DNA from: an uncultured delta proteobacterium
Lineage (GTDB): Bacteria; Bdellovibrionota; FAC87; UBA2466
NCBI GenBank assembly: GCA_963778115.1
Contig: CAVZSV010000004.1
Span: 992,001 to 1,056,000 of the forward strand
Length of the DNA: 64,000 nucleotides
Direction of reading: 5' to 3'
The position numbers were made by a program, and so were the translations under genes. The notes below the pieces were generated by a model. The model ran no database searches. It saw nothing but the letters and a program-made list of their open reading frames with translations, and was not told the DNA's origin. Position 1 is the stretch's first letter, and each line of letters starts with the position of its first letter. This document shows positions 1 through 8,501 of the stretch, in pieces.

Positions 1-47
1 AGAAATAGAACAACACGGAGGTTTGTAGGTGGAGACAAGATTTTATA

Positions 48-218
48 GCGCTTTCTTTAAATAATAGTGAATTAGTAAGTCGATTTCGTCGGTCAGCAAA
101 AGCCGAAAGAAAGATTCAAGCGCAGGTATTAGCGTACCTAGCTGTGATAGAGCAGCGAAAGATTTTTGCGGTAGAAGGGTATTCTTCTTTGTGTGGGTTT
201 TTAGTGAAGGAGATGGGG
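48..218 (+). pseudogene. N-terminal fragment of a DUF222/HNH-endonuclease-like protein, fused in frame to a transposase fragment
   Basis: Open frame reads LSLNNSELVSRFRRSAKAERKIQAQVLAYLAVIEQRKIFAVEGYSSLCGFLVKEMG. This resembles the ER..L..L..IE.RK....GYSSL...LVKE.G N-terminus of HNH-associated proteins. No convincing start, and the similarity ends abruptly. Confidence 0.5.
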
Positions 219-538
219 CTCACCTTCTTTCAGGAAAAGGACGAAACCTCGGCTAGAGTGGTGTGGGATCAGATCGGTGACTGGATCTGGCAGGCAGGCT
301 TCGCTCACCTGATGGACTGGCACCGCAATCTCGAAAAGGGCTGGGGTACTCTCAAAAACTACTTCCGCTTCCCTGTCACCACAGGCCTTTCAGAGGGTAT
401 TAATCGCGCCATCAAGGGCCTTAAATGGCAGGCCTATGGCTACAAAGACATGGAGTACTTCAAACTTAAAATTCTCCAAAAGGTGGGTTACCTAAACTAC
501 CGATATTGTTTAATCGCAAACTTTTAAGAGAAAGGGCC
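219..538 (+). mobile_element. ISL3-family transposase C-terminal remnant with probable right end
   Basis: LKNYFRFPVTTGLSEGINRAIKGLKWQAYGYKDMEYFKLKI matches the ISL3 C-terminal signature (N.F....T.G..EG.N..IK..KR.AYG.....F.L.I). Stop at 527. ...AAACTTTTAAGAGAAAGGGCC at 538 resembles an ISL3 terminal IR; an alternative end at 580 is possible. Confidence 0.8.
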
Positions 539-631
539 TCCAACCCGTCCAAGCATTAGACACCTGGAGAAAGCATAGCCGTAACTTAAGAAATACAGCG
601 CTGAAATCTAAGGGGAATCCGTGCTCAAAAC

Positions 632-647
632 AGGCCCTTGGTTTGCT
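632..647 (+). promoter_or_regulatory. sigma-54 (-24/-12) promoter
   Basis: AGGCCCTTGGTTTGCT: GG-N10-GC with TTGC, upstream of the 678..2216 ORF. Confidence 0.55.
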
Positions 648-677
648 TGTTTAGGCTCATTGGAGGGTTAGATTCCG

Positions 678-2216
678 GTGGGCTATTTAGGACAAAAACC
701 GAGATCCTTTAGAGTGAGTATTGGGGGAATGCTGTTGCTACTCCCTTGCCTCTCGGCTCACGCCAAATTGGTCGACGTCGAAGCGGCCCAGCAAAAATCG
801 ATTCAAAGGTACAATCAAAAATTTTCGGATTTCAGCCAAGAAAAAAACGTCATGGGAAAACCTCAGACGGCAACCGGAGGTCAAGTTCAAGCTAAAGTTA
901 AAGTGCGGTTTGACTCTGACGATCAAGTCGCTTTCGAAAGTGATCTGACCTACCATGATTACCAATACGATACCGATGATGAGGCCTATGCTCAAAAGCA
1001 GAAAGCCAATCCGAACCCCAATCCCAATACGGATAAGACTCGAATCCTTTATGCAAGCGTCTCTCCTCACGGAGCTATTGAACAAGGTGGAGGTTCTTCG
1101 CTTTTAGAAAGAACCGTTTATAAACTCAATGACCAATACGCCCAAGAGCAAAGCAAAGATGAAAAGAAGAAATTTGATGAGCAAAAGGGAATTAAGTATG
1201 AAGGCGTTTTTAAGATCGAAACTCAAGAGGTAAACGACAAAGAGAAAAAAACAAAAAACGACAAAGACAACGTTCCGGATAAAGTCGAACGCCGCTCCAT
1301 TCGGGATGAAGCTCTCGGCCAAATCGAGCAGGTGGGAGAGGGATCCTTTCAAGGCATTGAACGGGCTGCTAAAGATCAGGATAAAAAGAATGACCCCAAA
1401 GCGATGGGAACCCTTTCGCTTTATTACACTGCCGGGAAAGAGGCTCTTAAAGCGCTTTATAAAAGTACTCTGGCAAACTTTGGACAGACCCGTACTTACG
1501 AAGGAATTAAAGCTGAAAATGCCAACGTCGATAAAGTAAAACTCAACGAAGACGTTTCCAACTGCGATCAGTGGCAAGAACAGGCCATAGCGCAGATCGA
1601 TCCCAAGGCTTCCGACAAGGACCAGCAGCAACAAGAGATTGCTCGGATGGTCAAGCAGTGTAAGCAGATGGTTAAAACCAATTATAAACAGATTAATCCT
1701 CAATTCACCGATAGCGGTTCTGGTGGAGGGGGTGGCGGCGGGGGAGATCAGAAATTGGAGGAAAAAGGGGTGAAGGACGAAAATAACCGCGAAAGAGATT
1801 ATCGCGTTGAACTCAATTTACTTTCGAAAGAAGGGACGCGTGCGCAAGACGTTCAATCGAATTGGAAATATACCAATAAAGACGAAACCAACAAAGTCGT
1901 CACTGCTTTCGACAAGAATGGGAATCCCACCAAGACCGAAAACTTAAGAATGGATCAGCAAGTCGATCGCTATAACAGCCAGCTCGAAGTCGCAGCCCAA
2001 GCCCTACCCGACATTCAGAGTCGGTTTCCCAATCTTAAAGTCACGGCCGGACAAATTACTAACAATGAGATAAAGCATAAAACGAAACGGGCCGATGAAA
2101 TTACTCAATATCCCACGGGTGCTGTCGTTCAAGGATTTGAACCGGATCGCGCCAAAGCGATCGGAAATCAAGCACTTCCCACCAACTACGACGACCTCCA
2201 AAAATCTCAACCCTAG
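678..2216 (+). CDS. Secreted hypothetical protein, K/Q/D/E-rich with a Gly run (start may be ATG 729)
   Basis: 512-aa ORF; signal-peptide-like LLLLPCLSAHA; NPNPNP and poly-G tracts; no recognisable domain. Confidence 0.75.
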   Translation: MGYLGQKPRSFRVSIGGMLLLLPCLSAHAKLVDVEAAQQKSIQRYNQKFSDFSQEKNVMGKPQTATGGQVQAKVKVRFDSDDQVAFESDLTYHDYQYDTDDEAYAQKQKANPNPNPNTDKTRILYASVSPHGAIEQGGGSSLLERTVYKLNDQYAQEQSKDEKKKFDEQKGIKYEGVFKIETQEVNDKEKKTKNDKDNVPDKVERRSIRDEALGQIEQVGEGSFQGIERAAKDQDKKNDPKAMGTLSLYYTAGKEALKALYKSTLANFGQTRTYEGIKAENANVDKVKLNEDVSNCDQWQEQAIAQIDPKASDKDQQQQEIARMVKQCKQMVKTNYKQINPQFTDSGSGGGGGGGGDQKLEEKGVKDENNRERDYRVELNLLSKEGTRAQDVQSNWKYTNKDETNKVVTAFDKNGNPTKTENLRMDQQVDRYNSQLEVAAQALPDIQSRFPNLKVTAGQITNNEIKHKTKRADEITQYPTGAVVQGFEPDRAKAIGNQALPTNYDDLQKSQP

Positions 2217-2257
2217 TCTGTTGGTTTTTGCACGAGCCACATGATATAAGTCTAGGC

Positions 2258-2734
2258 ATGTCAACCCATGAAGTCATTGAAGAACACCTTCTATCGATAC
2301 AGCGCTTCTTTGAACGGGGCGTCGCCCAACGGGGAACTCGCCCGTTACGCGATGGCATTGAAGTAGCTATTTTCTTGGACGGCAAAGGTCCTGTAACCCT
2401 GACCAAACGCGGGGGGAGTGCCTTGGTCGTAAAAGAGATCCCCGTGAAACCGGATCTCACTTTTTGGATTCCCGGCCCTGCGATAAAAACCTTGGAAACG
2501 ATCACCACCGAAGACGTGGGAGAAATCGGAATCGAAATCTTAAAACTCATGTCACACTCCGATCCGGCCTATCGAGTAGCGGCAAAAGTCCACATTGGCC
2601 CTTTCGACTTACTCAGAAATGGATATCTAAGTGTCCTTCCTTTAGGCGGCCCGTCGGTCATGAAATTCTTGGCGTCCAAGGGCTTTACGGGTATGGGAAA
2701 GATTAAAGACGCCATTTCACGAATGAGGACCTAA
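2258..2734 (+). CDS. Hypothetical protein, possible SCP2-like lipid-binding fold
   Basis: ORF ending 3 bp before hpt; PDLTFWI and beta-rich pattern reminiscent of SCP2 domains. Confidence 0.6.
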   Translation: MSTHEVIEEHLLSIQRFFERGVAQRGTRPLRDGIEVAIFLDGKGPVTLTKRGGSALVVKEIPVKPDLTFWIPGPAIKTLETITTEDVGEIGIEILKLMSHSDPAYRVAAKVHIGPFDLLRNGYLSVLPLGGPSVMKFLASKGFTGMGKIKDAISRMRT

Positions 2735-2737
2735 TCG

Positions 2738-3274
2738 GTGGCAACGCAATTACATAGTTTTATGGAAGCCGAAGAGATCCAAACTTTGGTTAGGCGGTTG
2801 GGAAAACAGCTTTCTCTGGACTACGCTTCCGTTTTAAAGTCCGGAGAGTCCCTTAAAGTTATAATCACTCTCAAAGGTGCCATCTTTTTTGCAGCCGATC
2901 TATTGCGCGAGTTATCGATTCCTGTTCGCGTCGATACGATTCGTCTTGCCAGTTATGGATCGGGAACCCAATCGAGCGGGACTGTGTCCTTGGTGAAAGG
3001 ACTCGAGGAGTCCCCCAAAGACGCTCACGTTCTGGTACTAGATGAAATTGTGGATACCGGCCGCACGCTTTCGTATCTGATACGAAAACTCAAGGGCGAA
3101 GGAGCCAGAAGTGTTCGCACTTGTGCGCTACTTAACAAAGCAAGTCGCAGAGAAGTTGCTATCACTGTGGATTATGTGGGCAAAGAGATCGAAGATCGGT
3201 TTGTAGTCGGATACGGACTCGACTTTAACGAATCTTATCGCAATTTGCCCGCTATTTACGTTCTCCAACAATAA
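2738..3274 (+). CDS. hpt: Hypoxanthine phosphoribosyltransferase
   Basis: LKGA, SYGSGT, PRPP motif VLVLDEIVDTGRTL, FVVGYGLD, YRNLP. Confidence 0.95.
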   Translation: MATQLHSFMEAEEIQTLVRRLGKQLSLDYASVLKSGESLKVIITLKGAIFFAADLLRELSIPVRVDTIRLASYGSGTQSSGTVSLVKGLEESPKDAHVLVLDEIVDTGRTLSYLIRKLKGEGARSVRTCALLNKASRREVAITVDYVGKEIEDRFVVGYGLDFNESYRNLPAIYVLQQ

Positions 3275-3312
3275 AAAAATAGGGGCGGGAGAGAGCCTCT
3301 CCACACCCCTAT
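3273..3312 (-). terminator. Rho-independent terminator of the flagellar operon, between convergent hpt and flgE
   Basis: ATAGGGG..GGAGAG / CTCTCC..CCCCTAT hairpin next to A7 (U-tract on the minus strand). Confidence 0.7.
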
Positions 3313-3345
3313 GCTAAACTATTTTCTTACGACTACCGGTTACTC

Positions 3346-4650
3346 TTAGGCGCCGCGACGAAGGTTGATGACTTCATCCAACATTTCATTCGCCGTCGTG
3401 ATTCCTTTGGCGCTCGCCTGGAATCCGCGCTGAGTCTTAATCATATTCACGAACTCTTTGGCGATATCGACATTTGAAGATTCCAGACTTCGGGTCATCA
3501 CCGTGCCCCTGCCGTTGGAATTCGGTTGACCCACATTGGCCTGTCCCGATCCCACCGTCTCGCGGTATTGGTTTTGTCCCAGCTTGTCTAGCTTCTCGTT
3601 CGCGTCAAAACGCGCCAGAGCCAATTGACCCAACAACCGATTTTGGCCGTTGGTGTAGACACCGCTAATCACGCCGTCTTCGTCGATAAGCGTATCCGTC
3701 AATGAACCTGCCGCATATCCATCTTGTCCGTTTCGGAAAAGAGAACTCTTGGAGCCGAACATCGTTGTCGTGTCCATCTCTCCAGCGTTCTTTCCGTTCT
3801 TTTCAACCTCTTTTCCAAAGTCGAACGCGAGTTTCTGATTTGCGACAGCACCGTTTACAAACGTGGTGTTCTCAAGAGATTGTTCCGAATCCACCAGCTT
3901 GCCATCTTGGTCGAAGGTAAGTTTTCCTTTAGCTAAAGCTTCCGGAATTCCAGCCTTTCCTCCCTGCAAGTTGGAACCGTCCGTAAGAGCCGACCATTCC
4001 CATTCGGTGTTGGATTTTCGAGTGAAATAGACACCTACGGGATGGGCGTTTCCGATAGAGTCATATACTTGCACTGATGCCGTGAAATTACAGGTCTCAT
4101 CAGGCCTCATCTGATCGAGAGACGGTGAAATGGGGGTTCGAGCGTCCAAGTTGACATGAATGTCCACTTTTTTTGTCGCTTTCGCCGGAATCGAGTTGGA
4201 AGGGATTCGAATGTCGGCAAGTTTTGCCGTGAGTTTCCCATCTCCGGTAGCTTGATAGGCCTGAACTTTTTGGCCGTTAATGCTCGTTAACCAACCATCC
4301 TTGTCGAAACGAAAACTACCGTCACGGGTATAGGTTAGCCCCCGCCCTTCGTTCTTTAAGATGAAAAATCCACTTCCGTTAATGGCAACGTCAGTGGCCC
4401 TCTCGGTGCGGGTGGTACTTCCTTGGGTAAAGAGTCCAGTAACTCCCCCTAGACTAGTTCCCCGTCCGATCTCACCTACTTCACCACCACCTCCACCGAA
4501 ATCTTGGCCTAACACGGACTGAAACTCTCCGCGAGAAGCTTTAAATCCAGTGGTATTGGCGTTTACGATGTTATCGGAGATGACGGCTAATGCCTGACCG
4601 TTGGCTTCCAGTCCGGAGATGGAAGTAGACATAGATCCGATGATACTCAT
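3346..4650 (-). CDS. flgE: Flagellar hook protein
   Basis: SGL...ISDNIVNANTTGFK, D.AING.GFF, YTRDGSF, LESSNVDIAKEFVNMIKTQRGFQAS; ATG 4650 with AAGGAG RBS. Confidence 0.95.
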   Translation of the reverse strand: MSIIGSMSTSISGLEANGQALAVISDNIVNANTTGFKASRGEFQSVLGQDFGGGGGEVGEIGRGTSLGGVTGLFTQGSTTRTERATDVAINGSGFFILKNEGRGLTYTRDGSFRFDKDGWLTSINGQKVQAYQATGDGKLTAKLADIRIPSNSIPAKATKKVDIHVNLDARTPISPSLDQMRPDETCNFTASVQVYDSIGNAHPVGVYFTRKSNTEWEWSALTDGSNLQGGKAGIPEALAKGKLTFDQDGKLVDSEQSLENTTFVNGAVANQKLAFDFGKEVEKNGKNAGEMDTTTMFGSKSSLFRNGQDGYAAGSLTDTLIDEDGVISGVYTNGQNRLLGQLALARFDANEKLDKLGQNQYRETVGSGQANVGQPNSNGRGTVMTRSLESSNVDIAKEFVNMIKTQRGFQASAKGITTANEMLDEVINLRRGA

Positions 4651-4785
4651 GAAGGGCTCCTTTGGTTGATTGAGATCCGAAATAGATGTGCGGATCTCAA
4701 GTGAGATTTGTACAACCAAAGCTTCCGTGACCAGTCACGGGCCAGCTTTGGACAACCTAACACTCTCTTCCGGCGGGAAGAGAGT
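4651..4785 (-). promoter_or_regulatory. Highly structured intergenic leader upstream of flgE (candidate cis-regulatory RNA)
   Basis: Stems 4762-4771/4776-4785, 4716-4723/4744-4751 with inner 4725-4731/4734-4740, and 4670-4679/4691-4700; alternative stem 4660-4668/4713-4721 overlaps the RBS. Confidence 0.55.
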
Positions 4786-5165
4786 TACACCAGAACTGCA
4801 CTATCGATATTAGTGAAAATACGATCCTTCATTTGGTCCCGTTCCATCGCGGTAACTACAGTTCGCGATTTCACGTTCGCAATGACGGCTATATTATCCG
4901 CAAGTATCAGAGTCTCTTTGCTGCCCTTGGCCTGGGCGGCATCAATTCCCTGACTAATACGTTTTTCCATCTCAGCACTCCAAGGAATATTGCGCGAACG
5001 AATCCGCGTTTCCGCGTGTTGCGAAAGATTCACTTGATTGCTGAGCAGAGAGTCGAACTCGGACGGCCCAGACTTAGTCGGTTCAGGCTTTTGAGTGCCT
5101 GGCCTTTCCGTCTGGGGCTGAACGATTCCTCCCCCTAATGCTCTGTAAATATCCGAGACGCTCAT
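4785..5165 (-). CDS. Flagellar operon protein (TIGR02530-like)
   Basis: LSQHAETRIRSRNI...AQAKGSKETLIL...RTVVTAM.......IFTNIDSAV; lies between flgD and flgE. Confidence 0.85.
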   Translation of the reverse strand: MSVSDIYRALGGGIVQPQTERPGTQKPEPTKSGPSEFDSLLSNQVNLSQHAETRIRSRNIPWSAEMEKRISQGIDAAQAKGSKETLILADNIAVIANVKSRTVVTAMERDQMKDRIFTNIDSAVLV

Positions 5166-6106
5166 GGTTTTAGAGTCTCCATGGGAAGTCGAGTGGCTTG
5201 GCTGGCAAGATATTCCGCTCGGTCGGCAAAGTTAGAAGGCATCATTTCACCCTCGCCTTCACTTTCCGAGACGGAACCCGATCCCTCTATAGGTCTTTCA
5301 AGCGTAGGGATCTCACTCTCGGTTTGCGGCTCGTTTTCGGCCCTGGCCTCGGCGTCCGGAACTTCTAACTTTTCCGGCGCCTTGGCCTTAGCCGAAATCG
5401 AATTCCCTACTGGCTTCGTCGCACCCGCGGCACTTCCATCGACACTTACTTGAGTCACTTTACTCATCGCGATTCGACTCTTGGCACCCGAAGCGGTTTC
5501 AATCAGCAACATGGCATTCTTGCCTTCAAGTTCGACCCCCGTTACGACTCCAGATACGTCACCGCTCGCGGTCTGTGCTTGACCGCTAGAGTTAACGCCA
5601 TAGAGACGAACGGAATACTTGCCTGAGGGCGAGGCCACACCATCTTGATCTTTACCGTCCCAAGTAATTGCCTTCCCATCACGCTCACTAAAAGTAAGTT
5701 CGCGGATCACCTTACCACCGGAATCAATAATGGTGGCTTTGGTGGGTTGGACTCCTTCGGGAAGACTATTATTGAGAACCACTGATTGTCCCGTGACGAG
5801 ATCGACTTCATTACCGCTGGCTTGAATTCGGCGTCCAATCATATTCAGAGCCTGCATTTTAGTCCCTTCACCCAGACCAGCATGCAAGGTATCGATCCCC
5901 TGACCAATGTTGTGCAGTTGTTCCAGCGAGCTAAACTGAGCTAGCTGCGATGAAAACTCCTGACCGTCCATGGGTTTCAAAGGATCTTGGTTCTGAATCT
6001 GCGCCATGAGCAATTTCATGAAATCGTCTTTGCCCATAGCTTCTTTGGTTGCCGGAGGCGCCGAAGGCGCCATCATGCCAGGCGGAACTCCACCAATCTC
6101 ATTCAT
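5162..6106 (-). CDS. flgD: Flagellar hook capping protein with acidic C-terminal extension
   Basis: KDDFMKLLMAQIQNQDPLKPMD..EF.SQLAQFSSLEQL; Ig domain WDGKD..G.....GKY. Confidence 0.93.
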   Translation of the reverse strand: MNEIGGVPPGMMAPSAPPATKEAMGKDDFMKLLMAQIQNQDPLKPMDGQEFSSQLAQFSSLEQLHNIGQGIDTLHAGLGEGTKMQALNMIGRRIQASGNEVDLVTGQSVVLNNSLPEGVQPTKATIIDSGGKVIRELTFSERDGKAITWDGKDQDGVASPSGKYSVRLYGVNSSGQAQTASGDVSGVVTGVELEGKNAMLLIETASGAKSRIAMSKVTQVSVDGSAAGATKPVGNSISAKAKAPEKLEVPDAEARAENEPQTESEIPTLERPIEGSGSVSESEGEGEMMPSNFADRAEYLASQATRLPMETLKP

Positions 6107-6117
6107 GGTGTTACCTT

Positions 6118-7461
6118 TCAGATGCGAACGTCGACTCTTCCGTCTTGAAGTGACGCGCTCCTAGCGCCCGTGGGGGCAAAATCGGCGCGACCACGTGGGA
6201 CTGAAGAAGTCTCGGTATAGGGTTGTGCAAACCGCGATTGTCCCTCCCCTTGGAACTGTCCGCTTCGATTTTGAGAAGTGTCCTGATTGAACATTCCCGC
6301 AAACTTGGCGGAAGTGGGAGTGAAGTCGCGATTTACTTGAACATCCATTTTCGAGAGTACGAGATCGTGAGACTGAAGTGACTGTTTCAGATCAGCCGCA
6401 TGAGTTTCCAAGATAGATTTCGCATGAGTACTTTCGGACTTCATGGCGACTTCTATCTTATTTCCTCTAGCAGTTACCTGAACCTCCACCTGACCGAGGT
6501 GAGGAGGGTTCAAAGATACGGTCATTTTGCCCCCGCCTTGATGAACGAGCGTATTCACGCGATTCATCAATTCGGGAACTCCGATCTTCTCTCCCGCCGC
6601 CATCTCGACGTGATGGATGTCTTTGGTCCCAGTGACGGAACTTTCCGAATGCTGCTGGGCGACCTGGGAAAGGCCGTCCAACGATAATTCAGAACCGTCT
6701 TCTTTCTTTCCGGTCCGCTTTTTCGCTGAAGGTGCAATAGACTTAACCTCAACGGGCGTCTTGGTACTCGCCACAGCACTCACTTGCTTAGGTAAATTCT
6801 CAACACTTGCGTGTGCCGAATTTGCCATCTGAGAGTACTTTTGAACCGCTTGATCGCGGACCGTGGTATCGACCGCAGTGGGCTTAGTGGCGGAATTATC
6901 TTCCGCTACAAGCTTGGTAACGACTCGAGATTTCTCCGAAACCGAATTTTTAGCACTTGCGTCGTCTAACGAGATTTTTTTCTCGGCGATGAAGGCTGTT
7001 TTCGGATCCAGAACCGTGGATTTGCTCTCCGTCGAAACTTGGAGCTTACTATTGGGCAATAGGTCTTTGCCCAAAGGCTTTACCTCTAGCTTCAAATTTG
7101 CGATAGGAGCTTCTTTGGTATCGGCGGTCAATGCCTTAGCGAGATTGGCCTTTATATTAGGCTGTCCCGGAGTCAATGCGGTCGGTAGAGCGGCTAGCGT
7201 GGAAAGCAGCTGCTCGTTCGTTCCGACCTCTTTTTTTCCGGTCTTGCCTTTGGATGCGGGAGCTAAAAGAACTGAAGCTTTCCCTTTTTCCGTTTGTCCA
7301 ATCGCTTCGACATCGTTTTTGTCCTGAAGGCCCAGAAGGTAATCCACAAAATTAAATTCTCCTGTCTCAGGCGCCGACGAGTCTTGCGGCCCGTTATGGG
7401 CTGCCGACAACTTGTGAGCTGCCGGGCTTATGTGTGTGGTTGGCAACATATCATGGTTCAC
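6118..7461 (-). CDS. fliK: Flagellar hook-length control protein
   Basis: Low-complexity N-terminus; C-terminal GKMTVSLNPPHLGQVEVQV domain; ends VDVRI; directly upstream of flgD. Confidence 0.88.
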   Translation of the reverse strand: MNHDMLPTTHISPAAHKLSAAHNGPQDSSAPETGEFNFVDYLLGLQDKNDVEAIGQTEKGKASVLLAPASKGKTGKKEVGTNEQLLSTLAALPTALTPGQPNIKANLAKALTADTKEAPIANLKLEVKPLGKDLLPNSKLQVSTESKSTVLDPKTAFIAEKKISLDDASAKNSVSEKSRVVTKLVAEDNSATKPTAVDTTVRDQAVQKYSQMANSAHASVENLPKQVSAVASTKTPVEVKSIAPSAKKRTGKKEDGSELSLDGLSQVAQQHSESSVTGTKDIHHVEMAAGEKIGVPELMNRVNTLVHQGGGKMTVSLNPPHLGQVEVQVTARGNKIEVAMKSESTHAKSILETHAADLKQSLQSHDLVLSKMDVQVNRDFTPTSAKFAGMFNQDTSQNRSGQFQGEGQSRFAQPYTETSSVPRGRADFAPTGARSASLQDGRVDVRI

Positions 7462-8050
7462 CCCCTTTCTGGGGAGCGGGCTCGCTCCCTTTTTTTGGAA
7501 TCTCTTCCTGTGCTTTGGTGATTTCCCCTGGCTTGGAAGAACTGATAGATCTTTTTGAATTCAAAAATTTTTCTGTGACGACTCGTGCTTGGTCGGGTGA
7601 CATTTGCCCTAGAATTTCCGCTGCCCTGTCACCCTGCATTCCCGATAAAATCTCGGTGGTTAAATTCACATCCAAAGAATCTAAAATCTTGGCTGACTTT
7701 TTAGGATCCATCTTTTCATAGACCTTTCGAAAAGATGACATCTTGGCATCATTGGCAGTCTCTGCAGCTGACAACTTCTGGCGAAGTTCCTGAATTACTT
7801 TCTCATAGCGATCGATCTGTTGGTTGAGAATCTTCTCTTTGTCCGAGAGATTCTGTTCTCTCCGGCTGAGAGCTTCCTCTTTGGCGTCGAGCGATTTCTC
7901 TTTTTCCTGAATCGACTGCTGTAGACTCTCTAATGCATCGGGCTTATCGGAGGCCTGCACCTGATTGGGGAGCACTAGCCCCAATTCGTAACCTAGCCAG
8001 CAGGTGACTAGTAGAGTGCCGAAAATAATAATTGATACTAGGCGCCACAT
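7451..8050 (-). CDS. MotE/MgtE_N-domain flagellar membrane protein
   Basis: N-terminal TM, coiled coil, VYEKMDPKKSAKIL...ILSGM....AAEILGQMSP repeats. Confidence 0.8.
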   Translation of the reverse strand: MWRLVSIIIFGTLLVTCWLGYELGLVLPNQVQASDKPDALESLQQSIQEKEKSLDAKEEALSRREQNLSDKEKILNQQIDRYEKVIQELRQKLSAAETANDAKMSSFRKVYEKMDPKKSAKILDSLDVNLTTEILSGMQGDRAAEILGQMSPDQARVVTEKFLNSKRSISSSKPGEITKAQEEIPKKGSEPAPQKGGEP

Positions 8051-8056
8051 AGTTAC

Positions 8057-8491
8057 TTAGTTGCCTACCTTTTTGACCAGCCGATAAAGTTCGTCGTTCG
8101 TTTTTTGCTCACGCCGTGTCTGTTCCACGCGGAAGTTGAACTTTCTCTTTTCTCTAAGATTTTCCATGGCCTTGCGTTTCATTGCGAGCTTTCCTAATTC
8201 GTATTTCTTGTCCTCAAGTTCGATCTGTAAGCGAACCATCTCTTTTTCAATGTTTGCGATATCGCGAGCATCCGCTTCCACTTTGGCCGTCTGATAGGGA
8301 ATCCAGTTCACACTCTCATTCCAATGTTGTCGGGATTCACAAAGCATGCTTCGCATTGTCTCCTGTCGATAGGTCTTTTTCTTCTCCAGCCCCTCAATTT
8401 TTTGAATCAGAGTAGCAACTTCCATTTTCTTCACCGTCTCGTTGAGACGCAGAAAGTCGAGGACACGCTCTAGACGAAAACGGAAGCGCAC
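8057..8491 (-). CDS. fliJ: Flagellar export protein FliJ
   Basis: FRFRLERVL N-terminus, coiled coil, EQK..DE C-terminus, downstream of fliI. Confidence 0.85.
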   Translation of the reverse strand: MRFRFRLERVLDFLRLNETVKKMEVATLIQKIEGLEKKKTYRQETMRSMLCESRQHWNESVNWIPYQTAKVEADARDIANIEKEMVRLQIELEDKKYELGKLAMKRKAMENLREKRKFNFRVEQTRREQKTNDELYRLVKKVGN

Positions 8492-8501
8492 AGATCACCT
8501 A

